64,000 nucleotides of DNA from Clostridia bacterium. Its GTDB lineage: Bacteria > Bacillota > Clostridia > Monoglobales > Firm-18. The stretch spans positions 45,793 through 109,792 of the forward strand of contig JAZOOD010000063.1 in the NCBI GenBank assembly GCA_045654805.1. The letters are read 5' to 3'. Numbering within the stretch: the stretch's first letter is position 1; the number at the start of each line of letters is the position of its first letter. A program made the translations under genes and the position numbers. This document shows positions 47,458-58,121 of this stretch, piece by piece. The notes beneath the pieces are model-generated. The model was given only the letters and a program-made list of their open reading frames with translations, did no database searches and was not told where the DNA came from.

Positions 47458-48214
47458 GCTTAAGAACAAAGATAGTAAAAAAACGATGAAATACGATGGT
47501 TTACGCAATAGGGAAAATACAATATTGAGTGATAACAGCAAGTTTTTTGTTTCTGAGGCATATAAGACGTTGAGAACAAATATACTTTTTTCTGCCGGAG
47601 ATTCAGGGAGCAAATCATTTGTTATTACAAGTGCAATTCCCGGCGAGGGAAAGACTACTAATGCGATAAATCTTGCAATTTCCTTCGCACAAACTGAAAA
47701 AAAGGTTGTTTTGATTGATGGGGATTTGAGAAAACCGAAGTTGCACAAATATTTTGATTTGGAAAATAAAACAGGGGTTTCAAATGTAATTTCAGGAGTT
47801 TATGACGGAACAAATAAGGATTTTATTCAAAATACACATATTGAAAATCTTGATTTGATAACTTCCGGACATATTCCTCCAAATCCGATTGAGCTTATGG
47901 CATCTGATAATATGTGTAAGTTTATAAAGAAACTTGAGGAAATTTATGATTTCATAATTATAGACACTCCTCCCGTTAACGTAGTTTCTGACGCTTTGGT
48001 GCTTTCTAAATATGTAACAGGATATATTATGGTTGCAAGAAGTGATTATACCGAATATCAGTCACTTAATAGTGCAATGTCCAATTTTGAGCTTGCTAAT
48101 ATTAAGCCTCTTGGTATTATTTTAAACGATGTTGCAAACAAGAGGTCAAGATATTCCAGCAAGAGAAAATATGGGTACAAATCCTACTATAACTATTATC
48201 GTTATGGGAATTAA
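47450..48214 (+). CDS. CpsD/CapB-type bacterial tyrosine kinase (BY-kinase)
   Basis: It has Walker A SAIPGEGKTT, a Walker A' region VLIDGDLRKP, DTPP, and a C-terminal Tyr cluster YGYKSYYNYYRYG. Its ATGA overlaps the upstream stop. Confidence 0.85.
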   Translation: MSKLKNKDSKKTMKYDGLRNRENTILSDNSKFFVSEAYKTLRTNILFSAGDSGSKSFVITSAIPGEGKTTNAINLAISFAQTEKKVVLIDGDLRKPKLHKYFDLENKTGVSNVISGVYDGTNKDFIQNTHIENLDLITSGHIPPNPIELMASDNMCKFIKKLEEIYDFIIIDTPPVNVVSDALVLSKYVTGYIMVARSDYTEYQSLNSAMSNFELANIKPLGIILNDVANKRSRYSSKRKYGYKSYYNYYRYGN

Positions 48215-48229
48215 TTAAAGGATTTATTT

Positions 48230-48928
48230 ATGATAGAAATACATACGCATATTTTACCTGGTATTGATGACGGAAGCCAAAGTGTTGATGAAAGTATCGA
48301 AATGCTTAACAGAATGGCAAAAACTGGCATAAAAAAGGTTGTTGCTACTCCACATTTCTATTATGGAATGTATTCATCAATAGATGAATTTTTGGAAAAG
48401 CGACAGTTTGCATATGAAAAAATCAAAGATAAAAAACCCGAAAATATTGATGTTCTTTTGGGGTCAGAGGTTATGCTTGAATATAACTTGCATAAAGAGG
48501 ACCTACAGAAACTTACCATAGAGGGTACGGATTATATATTGGTTGAAATGCCATATAATAAGTGGGACCCGTGGGTTTTTGATGAAATTTTTAAAATTTC
48601 TGCCAAACACGGATTATATGTCATAATAGCTCATATTGACAGGTACGTCAAAATTGTAAAGGATGAGCATATTCGCTCACTTATGGAGATGAATCTTAAG
48701 TTTCAGGTGAACGTGGATAATTTGGGCAGTTTATTCCGCAAATCTAATGCTATGAAGTTTATTGAAGACGGAGTAGCAGACTTTGCAAGTTCGGATTGCC
48801 ACAATATGACTACCAGACCTCCTTGTCTGGCGGAGGCTATGAAAAAAATCAAATCACGGGCAGGGAATAATTCTGTGGAACAGCTTATGTATAATGCAGA
48901 GAGGATGCTACAGAATAAAAATCTTTAA
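48230..48928 (+). CDS. CpsB/YwqE-type PHP-family protein-tyrosine phosphatase
   Basis: It has the N-terminal motif IEIHTHILPGIDDGS and an internal ATPH. Confidence 0.85.
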   Translation: MIEIHTHILPGIDDGSQSVDESIEMLNRMAKTGIKKVVATPHFYYGMYSSIDEFLEKRQFAYEKIKDKKPENIDVLLGSEVMLEYNLHKEDLQKLTIEGTDYILVEMPYNKWDPWVFDEIFKISAKHGLYVIIAHIDRYVKIVKDEHIRSLMEMNLKFQVNVDNLGSLFRKSNAMKFIEDGVADFASSDCHNMTTRPPCLAEAMKKIKSRAGNNSVEQLMYNAERMLQNKNL

Positions 48929-49024
48929 TATTTGTACAAATGCGGCTTGGGAGTTTACTTCCATGCCGTAAATTTTGTTTTAAGGTATGGAAATTTTGTC
49001 CATAATACTGTTGGGGGTGAAATA

Positions 49025-51427
49025 ATGTTCCAGGAAACAAATTTTACTAAAAGTGCTGAAAGGGTATTGATATACTCAAAAGAATATGTTTTGGAACTTG
49101 GACAGAGTGCAGTGGGGACTGAACATATTTTGCTGGGGATGCTGAAGGAACAGGATTGTATAGCAGCTAAAATATTGCAGAGTATGGGTATAACGGAGGA
49201 ACTTGTGTATTCAGCCATAGAAGATATGGTGGCAAAGGATTATGCGGAAGAATATTCGGTAGTAGGGATTACGCCTAAGACAAGAGAAGTTTTGGAAAAT
49301 TCATATAAAATTGCCACACGTATGAAGCAAAAAAATGTAGGTACGGAACATATATTTCTTGCAATACTTGATGATGAGTTTAATATAGCCACCCAAGTGT
49401 TGAAAAAACTAAATGTAAATTTCAGCAGACTTCGTGATAAAGCATTAATGGCGTGCACATCTATGAACAGTGAAGTAAAACAGCCTAAAAAAACTCCAAC
49501 ACTGGATAAATTTTCCCGAGACCTTACAAAGCTTGCGTCAGAGGGAAAGCTTGATAACGTTATAGGAAGACAAAAGGAAATAGAACGTGCAGTGCAAATT
49601 TTATCCAGACGCTCTAAAAACAACCCTTGTCTTATAGGGGAGCCGGGGGTTGGCAAAACAGCTATAGTAGAGGGTATTGCCTGTAAAATATTCAACCGTC
49701 AGTTAGGAGGTAATCTGTTGGGAAAAAGACTGATTTCAATGGATTTGTCTTCTATGGTTGCAGGAACAAAATACCGTGGGGAATTTGAAGAACGATTAAA
49801 GAAAATACTTGATGAGGTAATAGAGGCAGGAAATATTATTTTATTTATAGATGAATTGCATACAATAATCGGTGCAGGTGCAGCAGAGGGGTCAATTGAT
49901 GCGGCAAATATACTAAAGCCTTTGCTTGCAAGAGGGGAAATACAGCTTATCGGTGCCACAACCATTGAAGAATATCGTAAGCACATTGAAAAAGATGCAG
50001 CTTTGGAACGCCGTTTTCAGCCTGTAATGATAGAGCCTCCGGATGAGAATGAATGCTATAATATATTAATGGGATTAAGAAGTTACTATGAAAAGCATCA
50101 CGGGGTAAAGATTACTGACGAAAGCCTCCTTGCTGCTGTAAAGCTATCGTCAAGATATATACAGGATAGATTTTTACCCGACAAGGCAATAGACCTTGTG
50201 GATGAGGCAGCTTCAAGGCTAAAAATAAGTTCCGGAGCAGAAAATTCTGAGATTGCATATATCAAGGGGCAGATTAAACAGACAGAGGATGAATTGGATG
50301 CCAATCTTAAAATGTCACGCTATGATGATGCATCTATATGCCGCACAAGACTGTTGAATCTAAAAGACCAACTTACTGAAATACGAAGTAACAGTAATTT
50401 GTTACAACCTGAACTGGAGCTTACTGCTGAACATATTGCGGAAATTCTTTCTACGTGGACCGGTATTCCTGTAACAAGATTAACTGCCGGGGAGGAAAGC
50501 TCCTTGGTTAATATGGAGGAGGAATTAAAACAGAGTATCATTGGGCAAGATGAGGCAATATCACTGGTTTCTAAGGCTATCAAGCGAGGGAGAACAGGTA
50601 TCAAAAATCCTGACAGACCCATAGGTTCATTTATATTTGCAGGTCCTACAGGCGTTGGCAAAACAGAGCTTGCAAAGTTGTTGGCATCAACAGTTTTTGG
50701 TGACGAAAGAGCTTTAATAAGAATTGATATGAGCGAATATATGGAACAACATTCCGTATCAAAGCTTATGGGAGCCCCTCCGGGATATGTGGGATACGAT
50801 AATGGAGGAAAGCTCACGGAAATGGTAAGAAGAAGGCCTTATAGCGTAGTGCTGTTTGATGAAATTGAAAAGGCACATCCGGATGTGTTAAATGTTCTCT
50901 TACAGGTGCTGGAGGACGGGTTTATGACCGATTCCCAAAGCCGAAGGGTGGATTTTAAAAATGCGGTTATAATTATGACAACTAACGTGGGAGCTTCCGA
51001 GATTCTTACTAAAAAGACTGTGGGATTTGATAATTCAAACGGTAAGGCAACTATAAAAAAGGATATTAAATCTTCTCTTAAACGCAGTCTTAAGCCGGAG
51101 TTTATAAACAGGGTTGATGACATAGTTGTATTTAATGTATTATCCGAAGAAGATATTTTAAAAATAGCAGCCAAAATGCTTGGTGAGCTTTCTGCAAGGC
51201 TTAAGGAAAATGATGTTTATGTTGAATTTTCTGAAAGGGTAGTACAGGAAATTGCAGATAAAGCATACGATGTAAAATACGGTGCAAGGCCGCTAAGGCG
51301 GAAAATACAGAATATGATTGAAGATTTTATGGCAGAAGCTGTGATAAACGGAGAAATAAAGAAATTTAAGGAATATACAGTTGATTTTGAAGATGGAATA
51401 AAAATCAGAGAGAAAATAACTGCATAA
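49025..51427 (+). CDS. clpC: ATP-dependent Clp protease ATP-binding subunit ClpC-type (Clp_N plus two AAA+ modules)
   Basis: It has Clp_N repeats, Walker [10 protein letters not shown] and GPTGVGKTE, and GARPLRR. RBS GGGGGTGA favours the ATG at 49025. Confidence 0.9.
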   Translation: MFQETNFTKSAERVLIYSKEYVLELGQSAVGTEHILLGMLKEQDCIAAKILQSMGITEELVYSAIEDMVAKDYAEEYSVVGITPKTREVLENSYKIATRMKQKNVGTEHIFLAILDDEFNIATQVLKKLNVNFSRLRDKALMACTSMNSEVKQPKKTPTLDKFSRDLTKLASEGKLDNVIGRQKEIERAVQILSRRSKNNPCLIGEPGVGKTAIVEGIACKIFNRQLGGNLLGKRLISMDLSSMVAGTKYRGEFEERLKKILDEVIEAGNIILFIDELHTIIGAGAAEGSIDAANILKPLLARGEIQLIGATTIEEYRKHIEKDAALERRFQPVMIEPPDENECYNILMGLRSYYEKHHGVKITDESLLAAVKLSSRYIQDRFLPDKAIDLVDEAASRLKISSGAENSEIAYIKGQIKQTEDELDANLKMSRYDDASICRTRLLNLKDQLTEIRSNSNLLQPELELTAEHIAEILSTWTGIPVTRLTAGEESSLVNMEEELKQSIIGQDEAISLVSKAIKRGRTGIKNPDRPIGSFIFAGPTGVGKTELAKLLASTVFGDERALIRIDMSEYMEQHSVSKLMGAPPGYVGYDNGGKLTEMVRRRPYSVVLFDEIEKAHPDVLNVLLQVLEDGFMTDSQSRRVDFKNAVIIMTTNVGASEILTKKTVGFDNSNGKATIKKDIKSSLKRSLKPEFINRVDDIVVFNVLSEEDILKIAAKMLGELSARLKENDVYVEFSERVVQEIADKAYDVKYGARPLRRKIQNMIEDFMAEAVINGEIKKFKEYTVDFEDGIKIREKITA

Positions 51428-51431
51428 TTAT

Positions 51432-51466
51432 AGGGTGTGGCAAAAATATGTTTGCTACACCCTTTT
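51432..51466 (+). terminator. Intrinsic terminator of clpC
   Basis: GGGTGTGGCAAA..TTTGCTACACCC followed by TTTT. Confidence 0.7.
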
Positions 51467-51550
51467 CCATATATTGAATGTTGATTGGGTTTACATAATA
51501 TGATATAATTGTGAAGTGAATTAACATAAAATACAGGAAAGGAGAAGATT

Positions 51551-52387
51551 ATGTTTTACAAGCTTTTGGCTGTTGTTGCGACTGTTTTTACAGTCTGTGG
51601 AATGTTGGCATTTAACACATATGCAGACAACAGTGTACCAATCAGTATTTATGTTAATGAAAGGGAGATTTGCACTGATGAAAGTGCATATATTGAAAAG
51701 GGAACAACCTTTGTTCCTGTACGTGCAATATGTAATGCAATGGGTGTTACCGATATAGATTGGGATAATACTCAAAAAAAGGCAACTGTAAAGGGTTATA
51801 GTAAAATTGAATTTTATATAGGTAAACTGTATGCCTATGTAAATGGTGAAAAAAAGATTATGTCCCGTGCAGCGGAGCTGAAAAACGGAAGGACTATGGT
51901 GCCGGTGAGATTTTTTGCAGAGGCGTCAGATGCTGTAGTACAATGGGACAATACCCTGCATTCCGTAAAAATAGCCAAGGATGGAGTATATGTGCCTTCT
52001 AAGTATACAGCAAATGGATATTCGCCGGATGATATTCTGTGGCTTTCACGTATAGTAGAGGCGGAGAGTGCAGGAGAGCCTGTAGCGGGGCAGATTGCGG
52101 TAGCAAATGTGATTTTGAACAGGGTTAGAGATGTAAATTATCCAAATACAATTTACGGAGTAATATTTGACCGAAATTACGGGGTGCAGTTTCAACCCAT
52201 TGCTAACGGGACTATTTATAATACACCTTCCAAAAGATGTGTTTCTGCTGCCAAGCGTGCCGTGAAGGGCGAGAATTACGTAGGCGGATGCCTGTATTTT
52301 CTTAACGAAAGATTAGCAACTAATATGTGGATTGTGAATAATCGTAGCTATTATACAACTATAAATAATCATTCATTTTATTTGTAA
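51551..52387 (+). CDS. SleB/CwlJ-type cell-wall hydrolase with Cu-amine-oxidase-N-like stalk domain
   Basis: It has a signal peptide and stalk repeats (FVPVRAICNAMG, MVPVRFFAEA). The Hydrolase_2 core is RIVEAESAGEPVAGQIAVANVILNRV...YGVQFQP. Confidence 0.8.
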   Translation: MFYKLLAVVATVFTVCGMLAFNTYADNSVPISIYVNEREICTDESAYIEKGTTFVPVRAICNAMGVTDIDWDNTQKKATVKGYSKIEFYIGKLYAYVNGEKKIMSRAAELKNGRTMVPVRFFAEASDAVVQWDNTLHSVKIAKDGVYVPSKYTANGYSPDDILWLSRIVEAESAGEPVAGQIAVANVILNRVRDVNYPNTIYGVIFDRNYGVQFQPIANGTIYNTPSKRCVSAAKRAVKGENYVGGCLYFLNERLATNMWIVNNRSYYTTINNHSFYL

Positions 52388-52389
52388 AT

Positions 52390-52430
52390 AAAACAAATGC
52401 TCATTCGTATTATGAATGAGCATTTGTTTT
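52390..52430. terminator. Bidirectional terminator between the sleB-like gene and tmcAL
   Basis: AAAACAAATGCTCATTC-GTATTAT-GAATGAGCATTTGTTTT. Confidence 0.8.
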
Positions 52431-53538
52431 AAAATATTATTGGAGAAGTTGTAAAATCCATCATTGATGGCTTACCTGTCAATACGGAATATATGTTTGT
52501 CGCATTGATATCAAGCTGTAGCATTCTTGACGCCTTTGCGTCTGCAACCTTTGTGATAATGGGAATATTTGTATTGTCACGGAGTTGACTTAATATCTCC
52601 ATACCATTTTTATTCATTCCCAAAACCCTGATGTATTCAGGCAGTTTTGATACATCCTCTTTTGTAATATCTAAAAGAGCATTGGTCATAATCCGCCTTA
52701 TGCGGGCCATAGTATAGCGTTTGGTTTTTACAGAGTTACATAATTCTTCAAAGGATGTACATTTATGTGCTATCTGTAATATTCTGTTTTCTAACCCTTC
52801 GGTAACATCAGGCACTTTTCTAAGCTGTTCCGGATTTATCGTGCGCAACTTATATAGTAATAAGCTTCCAAAAGTTTTGCGGTCTGTCAAGGTGGTGTTT
52901 TGCAAAATTTCATAACTTGACTCTGGCATAAGATGGTTTGTATCTTCCTTGTTTGAAATTTTTTCTCTTATGTCTGATGCACTTCCCGTACCATCGTGTA
53001 ACGAACCTTCACGTTTGATTCCGACAGGCTTCATACTTTTAATATGTTTTACATATTCTATGGCAAGTACATTATTTGGAGTATTTACTGTATCTTTGCC
53101 AATTGCCTTACTCAAGGCCCTTGGGTAGCTCATTCCCTTTTGGAGATTACCATCAAGTATTTTTTTGAAATTATCATCTGGATTTTTCAAAAATTCTGCA
53201 ATTTCTATAATTTCATCTATATTGTCAATTTCTGTACCAAAGGACAAAAAGTTGCATTTTAAGTTTTCTAAAATGGAAACTGCCCCTTTTGCAAAATATT
53301 CTGCAGATTGGCAGGAATATACACAGGGGAGCTCTACAATAAGATCTGCACCCCCCATAAGTGCCATTTTTGCCCTTGACCACTTATCACATATTGCAGC
53401 GTCGCCTCTTTGTACAAAGTTTCCGCTCATTGCCACCACAATACCATCTGCACCTGTAATTTCTCTTGTTTTTTCTATATGGTATTTATGACCGTTGTGA
53501 AAAGGGTTATATTCAGCAATTATACCGGCAGTTGTCAT
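52429..53538 (-). CDS. tmcAL: tRNA(Met) cytidine acetate ligase TmcAL (YlbM/DUF795 nucleotidyltransferase)
   Basis: N-terminus GIIAEYNPFHNGHKYHI matches the family signature as I remember it. Confidence 0.8.
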   Translation of the reverse strand: MTTAGIIAEYNPFHNGHKYHIEKTREITGADGIVVAMSGNFVQRGDAAICDKWSRAKMALMGGADLIVELPCVYSCQSAEYFAKGAVSILENLKCNFLSFGTEIDNIDEIIEIAEFLKNPDDNFKKILDGNLQKGMSYPRALSKAIGKDTVNTPNNVLAIEYVKHIKSMKPVGIKREGSLHDGTGSASDIREKISNKEDTNHLMPESSYEILQNTTLTDRKTFGSLLLYKLRTINPEQLRKVPDVTEGLENRILQIAHKCTSFEELCNSVKTKRYTMARIRRIMTNALLDITKEDVSKLPEYIRVLGMNKNGMEILSQLRDNTNIPIITKVADAKASRMLQLDINATNIYSVLTGKPSMMDFTTSPIIF

Positions 53539-53627
53539 TTTTTCACCTCTTTTGCTTGAAAAATTACCAAAAATTATTATTTTTTATGAAATTATTATAA
53601 CACAATATGAAAAATTTTCAAATATTA

Positions 53628-53656
53628 TTTACAAATCAGGAAATATTATGTATAAT
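53628..53656 (+). promoter_or_regulatory. Putative sigma-A promoter of pta
   Basis: TTTACA, 17 nt, extended -10 TGTATAAT. Confidence 0.5.
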
Positions 53657-53704
53657 ATTTAATTGGGTAGATATGATTATATTTGTATTAGGAGGTTTTT
53701 ATAA

Positions 53705-54703
53705 ATGGCATTTTTGGACAGAATTAAAGAAAGAGCAAAGGCAGACAAAAAAACTATCGTTCTTCCTGAATCTATGGACAGAAGAACTTTTGAAGCTGCT
53801 GAAAAGGTACTTAAAGAGGATATCGCAGATATTATTATTATCGGTACTCCTGAAGAGGTTGAGGCTAACAGCAAGGGTCTTGATATTTCCAAGGCTACTA
53901 TTATCAACCCTTTCACATACGAAAAGACAGAAGAATATTTGAATCTTTTTGTTGAACTTAGAAAGAGCAAAGGCTTGACATATGAAGAAGCTAAGAAGAC
54001 AGCTTTGGGAGACTATATGTATTATGCATGTCTTATGGTTAAAGCAGGGGACGCTGACGGCGTAGTTTCCGGTGCTTGCCATTCTACTGCAAACACACTT
54101 CGTCCAAGCTTGCAGATTATTAAAACAAAGCCGGGCGTAAAGCTTGTTTCTGCTTTCTTTGTAATGGTTGTTCCTGATTGTGAATACGGTGCAAATGGAA
54201 CATTCATTTTTGCAGACAGTGGTCTTGAACAGAATCCGGATCCTGAAAAGCTTGCTGCAATCGCTGCTTGTTCTGCAGAATCATTTGAACTTTTGGCAGA
54301 AGAACCTGCTAAGGTTGCTATGCTTTCACACACAACAATGGGTAGTGCAAAGCACGCTGATGTTGACAAGGTTGTAGAAGCTACAAGAATTTGTAAGGAG
54401 CAGAATCCTGACCTTGCAGTAGACGGCGAACTTCAGCTTGATGCGGCTATCGTTCCTGAAATTGGTGCTTCAAAAGCTCCAAACAGCCCTGTTGCAGGTA
54501 AGGCAAATGTTTTGGTATTCCCTGACCTTGATGCAGGCAATATTGGTTACAAGCTTGTTCAGAGACTTGCAAAGGCAGAAGCTTATGGTCCTGTAACTCA
54601 GGGTATTGCAATGCCTATTAACGACCTTTCAAGAGGTTGCTCTGCTGACGATATCGTTGGTGTTGTGGCTATAACTTGTGTACAGGCACAGGCTAATAAA
54701 TAA
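53705..54703 (+). CDS. pta: Phosphate acetyltransferase
   Basis: Pta-family motifs include KKTIVLPES.D.R and GADGVVSGA.HST. It is adjacent to ackA. Confidence 0.93.
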   Translation: MAFLDRIKERAKADKKTIVLPESMDRRTFEAAEKVLKEDIADIIIIGTPEEVEANSKGLDISKATIINPFTYEKTEEYLNLFVELRKSKGLTYEEAKKTALGDYMYYACLMVKAGDADGVVSGACHSTANTLRPSLQIIKTKPGVKLVSAFFVMVVPDCEYGANGTFIFADSGLEQNPDPEKLAAIAACSAESFELLAEEPAKVAMLSHTTMGSAKHADVDKVVEATRICKEQNPDLAVDGELQLDAAIVPEIGASKAPNSPVAGKANVLVFPDLDAGNIGYKLVQRLAKAEAYGPVTQGIAMPINDLSRGCSADDIVGVVAITCVQAQANK

Positions 54704-54846
54704 AACCGATAAAAATTCCACAGACTGTGCCGATGGCACTTTGAATAAACTTCGCCTCGGAGTATCTTACACCGTTGTCTCAGTTTGTTCAATCTGTAAA
54801 ATTTTCCACGGCTTTCAACTATAAAACAAAAAGGAGTTTATTTAGA

Positions 54847-56040
54847 ATGAAAATCTTAGTTATAAACGCAGGTAGTTCATCTCTTAAATATCAGCTTATT
54901 GATATGGATACTGAAAATGTAATGGCAAAAGGTCTTTGCGAAAGAATTGGCATCGACGGTTCAAAACTTAATCACACACCTGGTGATGCTGATAAAGTTG
55001 TTATCGAAAAGCCTATGAAAGACCATGCAGATGCAATCAATATGGTTATTGCTGCATTGGTTGATAAGGACCACGGAGTTATTGCTGATATGGGTGAAAT
55101 TTCTGCAGTAGGTCACCGTGTTGTACATGGTGGGGAATTGTTCAGCAAGTCTGTTGTTATTACAGACGAGGTTAAAAAAGCAATTGAAAGCTGTAACGAT
55201 TTGGCACCCCTTCATAATCCAGCAAACCTTATTGGTATCACAGCTTGTGAAAAGGTTATGCCGGGCGTTCCTCAGGTTGCTGTTTTTGATACAGCTTTCC
55301 ATCAGACAATGCCTAAGGAAGCATATATGTATGCTATCCCATACAAGTATTATGAAAACTACAAGGTAAGAAGATACGGCTTCCACGGTACTTCTCACCG
55401 TTATGTTACTCAGCGTGCTGCAGCAATGCTTGGTAAAAAAGCTGAAGACTTGAAGATTATCACTTGCCACCTAGGTAACGGTTCAAGTATTACAGCTGTC
55501 AAAAATGGTGAATCTGTTGATACAACAATGGGCTTTACTCCTCTTGCAGGTGTGCCTATGGGAACACGAAGCGGTGATATTGACCCTGCTATTTTGCAGT
55601 TCATTATGAACAAGGAAAATATTGATATCGACAAAATGAACAGCATTCTTAACAAGGAATCAGGCGTTTTGGGTGTATCTGAACTAAGTTCTGACTTCCG
55701 TGACCTTAGTGCTGCAACTGAAGCAGGTAACAAAAAGACTGAACTTGCTGAAGAAATGTTTATTTATAATGTTAAAAAGTTTATCGGTGCTTACGCTGTT
55801 GCTATGGGCGGTGTTGGCGCTATCGTATTTACAGCAGGTATCGGTGAAAATAACGGTGCATACCGTAAGGCTATGACAGCAGGTCTTGAATTTATGGGTG
55901 TTGGTATTGATGATGAAAAGAATTCAATCCGCGGTTGTGAAGTTGATGTAAGTTCTGCTGATGCAAAGGTTAAAACTCTTGTTATTCCTACAAACGAGGA
56001 GCTTATGATTGCCCTTGATACAAAGGAATTGTTGGCCTAA
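54847..56040 (+). CDS. ackA: Acetate kinase
   Basis: N-terminus [17 protein letters not shown] follows [17 protein letters not shown] and FHGTSH are also present. Confidence 0.95.
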   Translation: MKILVINAGSSSLKYQLIDMDTENVMAKGLCERIGIDGSKLNHTPGDADKVVIEKPMKDHADAINMVIAALVDKDHGVIADMGEISAVGHRVVHGGELFSKSVVITDEVKKAIESCNDLAPLHNPANLIGITACEKVMPGVPQVAVFDTAFHQTMPKEAYMYAIPYKYYENYKVRRYGFHGTSHRYVTQRAAAMLGKKAEDLKIITCHLGNGSSITAVKNGESVDTTMGFTPLAGVPMGTRSGDIDPAILQFIMNKENIDIDKMNSILNKESGVLGVSELSSDFRDLSAATEAGNKKTELAEEMFIYNVKKFIGAYAVAMGGVGAIVFTAGIGENNGAYRKAMTAGLEFMGVGIDDEKNSIRGCEVDVSSADAKVKTLVIPTNEELMIALDTKELLA

Positions 56041-56097
56041 TTTTGTTATATAAAAAAACTATTGACAAAATAAAGGAATTTAGATATAATACTGATT

Positions 56098-56568
56098 ATG
56101 AATGTTGATTTGTTAACTATTATAAACAATACTGAAAAAGAGATTAACTTTGATGGGAAAACGTCTTTTTCCGATAATGATTGCGTTATTGATTGTGTTG
56201 TACGCGGTAAAGCGATTAACTTCTCCGGAAGGATTGAAGTTGAAGCACACGTTGACGCAGTTGTTAATACAAAATGTGCGAGGTGTTTAAAACCATTGCA
56301 GTTTCCTGTAAATGTGGATGTTAAGGAAACAGTAGGTGAAGACGGAGTTATCCTTGAGGGGACAATCTTGAATGTTGACAACATTGTAAAAAACAATATT
56401 GTGGTGGAATTACCGATTAGATTTCTCTGCAATGATGACTGCAAGGGTATTTGCAGTGTTTGCGGAGCTGATTTAAATATTACTGAATGTAATTGCAAGC
56501 ACGAACAATTCGATGAAAGATTTGCTGTGCTTAAAAAATTGTTGGATTCCGGTAACAAACCTGAATGA
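56098..56568 (+). CDS. yceD: YceD/DUF177 family protein (23S rRNA accumulation protein)
   Basis: It has the C-terminal Cys cluster CNDDCKGICSVCGADLN..C.C and lies immediately upstream of rpmF. Confidence 0.8.
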   Translation: MNVDLLTIINNTEKEINFDGKTSFSDNDCVIDCVVRGKAINFSGRIEVEAHVDAVVNTKCARCLKPLQFPVNVDVKETVGEDGVILEGTILNVDNIVKNNIVVELPIRFLCNDDCKGICSVCGADLNITECNCKHEQFDERFAVLKKLLDSGNKPE

Positions 56569-56586
56569 TTTGAGGAGGTGTAGCAA

Positions 56587-56766
56587 ATGGCAGTACCAAA
56601 GAGAAAAGTTTCTAACGCAAGAAGAGATAGTAGACGAGCACACTGGAAGTTAGCTCTACCAGGTATGGTTAAGTGCCCTAACTGTCAGGAATTTAAATTG
56701 CCTCATAGAGTATGCGGTAATTGCGGTTTCTATAAGGGGAAAGAAATTATTAAGAAAGACGCGTAA
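56587..56766 (+). CDS. rpmF: 50S ribosomal protein L32 (not in the ORF track, 59 aa)
   Basis: Hand translation gives [71 protein letters not shown]. Confidence 0.93.
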   Translation: MAVPKRKVSNARRDSRRAHWKLALPGMVKCPNCQEFKLPHRVCGNCGFYKGKEIIKKDA

Positions 56767-56832
56767 AGCTATTGGTGTGTGTGCAAGTATATGCACACAC
56801 ACTTTTTCGTTGTATGGAAAGGGTTTTGGAGT

Positions 56833-58110
56833 ATGGATGCAGTTGTAAAAAAAGTTTATAAAAATTCTATTGCTGATGAAATCGGTATGGAGCAGGGTGA
56901 TATTATTGTATCCATAGATGGTCAAAAGCTTAAGGATATTCTTGATTTTAAATTTCTGTCAGCTTCCGATGAGTACGAGCTTGAAATATTAAAAAAAGAC
57001 GGTTCTACTGAAATTGTGGAGATAATAAATGAGGATTATGAGGAATTGGGCGTTGAGTTTGAAAACGGCTTACTTGACAGACCTCAGGTTTGCAAAAACA
57101 AGTGTATGTTTTGTTTTGTAGACCAGTTACCACGTAATTGTATGAGAAAAACTCTGTACTTTAAGGATGATGATTATAGATTGTCAGCACTTATGGGTAA
57201 CTATATTACACTTACCAACCTTGATGAAGAAGATATTGACAGGATTGTGAGAATGCATCTTCCAAGGATAAATATTTCAATTCATTCTGTTAATCCGGAT
57301 ATAAGAAGCAAGCTCTTAAACCACGAAAATGCAGACGTTATGCCTTATGTAAAAAGGTTTGCAGAGGCAGGAATCTTAATGGATTGTCAGGTGGTGTGCT
57401 GTCCGGGCATTAATGACGGTGATGACCTTGATAATACTATTTCTACCTTGGTAGAATTTTATCCACAGGTGCAGAGCTTATCTATTGTTCCTGTAGGTCT
57501 TACAAAATACAGAGAACACTTGCCAAAATTGGAAAGATTTGATAAAATTAAAGCAGAGCAGCTCATCAAACAGGTGGAGGAGCATCAAAGAAAGTGCCTT
57601 GAGAAATTCGGCAGTCATTTTGTATATGCTTCTGACGAATTTTATGTAAAGGCAGACCACCAAATTCCATCAATTGATGTTTACGAAAGCTTTTTGCAGA
57701 TAGAAAATGGTGTAGGTCTTTTGGCATCTTTAAAAGATGAATTTGAACAAGCTAAGGACAATTTCAAAAAGCCGGACATAAAGAAGACTATTGCAACCGG
57801 TGTTTCCGCAGCTCCTTTTATAAGAGGGCTTGTGAACAGCGTTACAGATAACATAGAGGTTGTTGCGATAAAAAATAATTTTTTAGGTGAAACTATAACT
57901 GTGGCAGGGCTTATTACTGCAGGTGATTTGATAGAGCAGTTGAAGGGAATGGACCTTGGGGACCAGCTTTTGATACCACGGGTTATGCTCAACCACGATA
58001 TGATATTTTTGGATGATAAAACAATTGATGATGTTGAAAAAGCATTGAATATAAAGGTAGTAACCGTCGAAAATGACGGATTTGACTTGATTGAAAAAAT
58101 AGGCAGATAA
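56833..58110 (+). CDS. PDZ plus radical-SAM-like DUF512 protein
   Basis: It has an N-terminal PDZ-like segment (SIADEIGMEQGDIIVSIDG), the Cys motif C.NKCMFCF, and the conserved position upstream of der in Clostridia. Confidence 0.7.
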   Translation: MDAVVKKVYKNSIADEIGMEQGDIIVSIDGQKLKDILDFKFLSASDEYELEILKKDGSTEIVEIINEDYEELGVEFENGLLDRPQVCKNKCMFCFVDQLPRNCMRKTLYFKDDDYRLSALMGNYITLTNLDEEDIDRIVRMHLPRINISIHSVNPDIRSKLLNHENADVMPYVKRFAEAGILMDCQVVCCPGINDGDDLDNTISTLVEFYPQVQSLSIVPVGLTKYREHLPKLERFDKIKAEQLIKQVEEHQRKCLEKFGSHFVYASDEFYVKADHQIPSIDVYESFLQIENGVGLLASLKDEFEQAKDNFKKPDIKKTIATGVSAAPFIRGLVNSVTDNIEVVAIKNNFLGETITVAGLITAGDLIEQLKGMDLGDQLLIPRVMLNHDMIFLDDKTIDDVEKALNIKVVTVENDGFDLIEKIGR

Positions 58111-58121
58111 GAGGTGTTAAA

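Noticed and set aside
48929-49024. A CtsR operator (tandem GGTCAAA heptads) expected upstream of clpC.
   Set aside because: I read the 96-nt gap on both strands and found no GGTCAAA repeat. The only GGTCAAT in the area (about 46621) is a single half-site in a different intergenic region.
54704-54846. The 143-nt pta-ackA spacer, with a GTGCC-GAT-GGCAC hairpin and two AAAATT(TT)CCAC motifs, as a possible regulatory RNA or DnaA-box pair.
   Set aside because: The hairpin has no T-tract. The motifs have 2-3 mismatches to the DnaA box and no dyad relation. Evidence is insufficient for a call.
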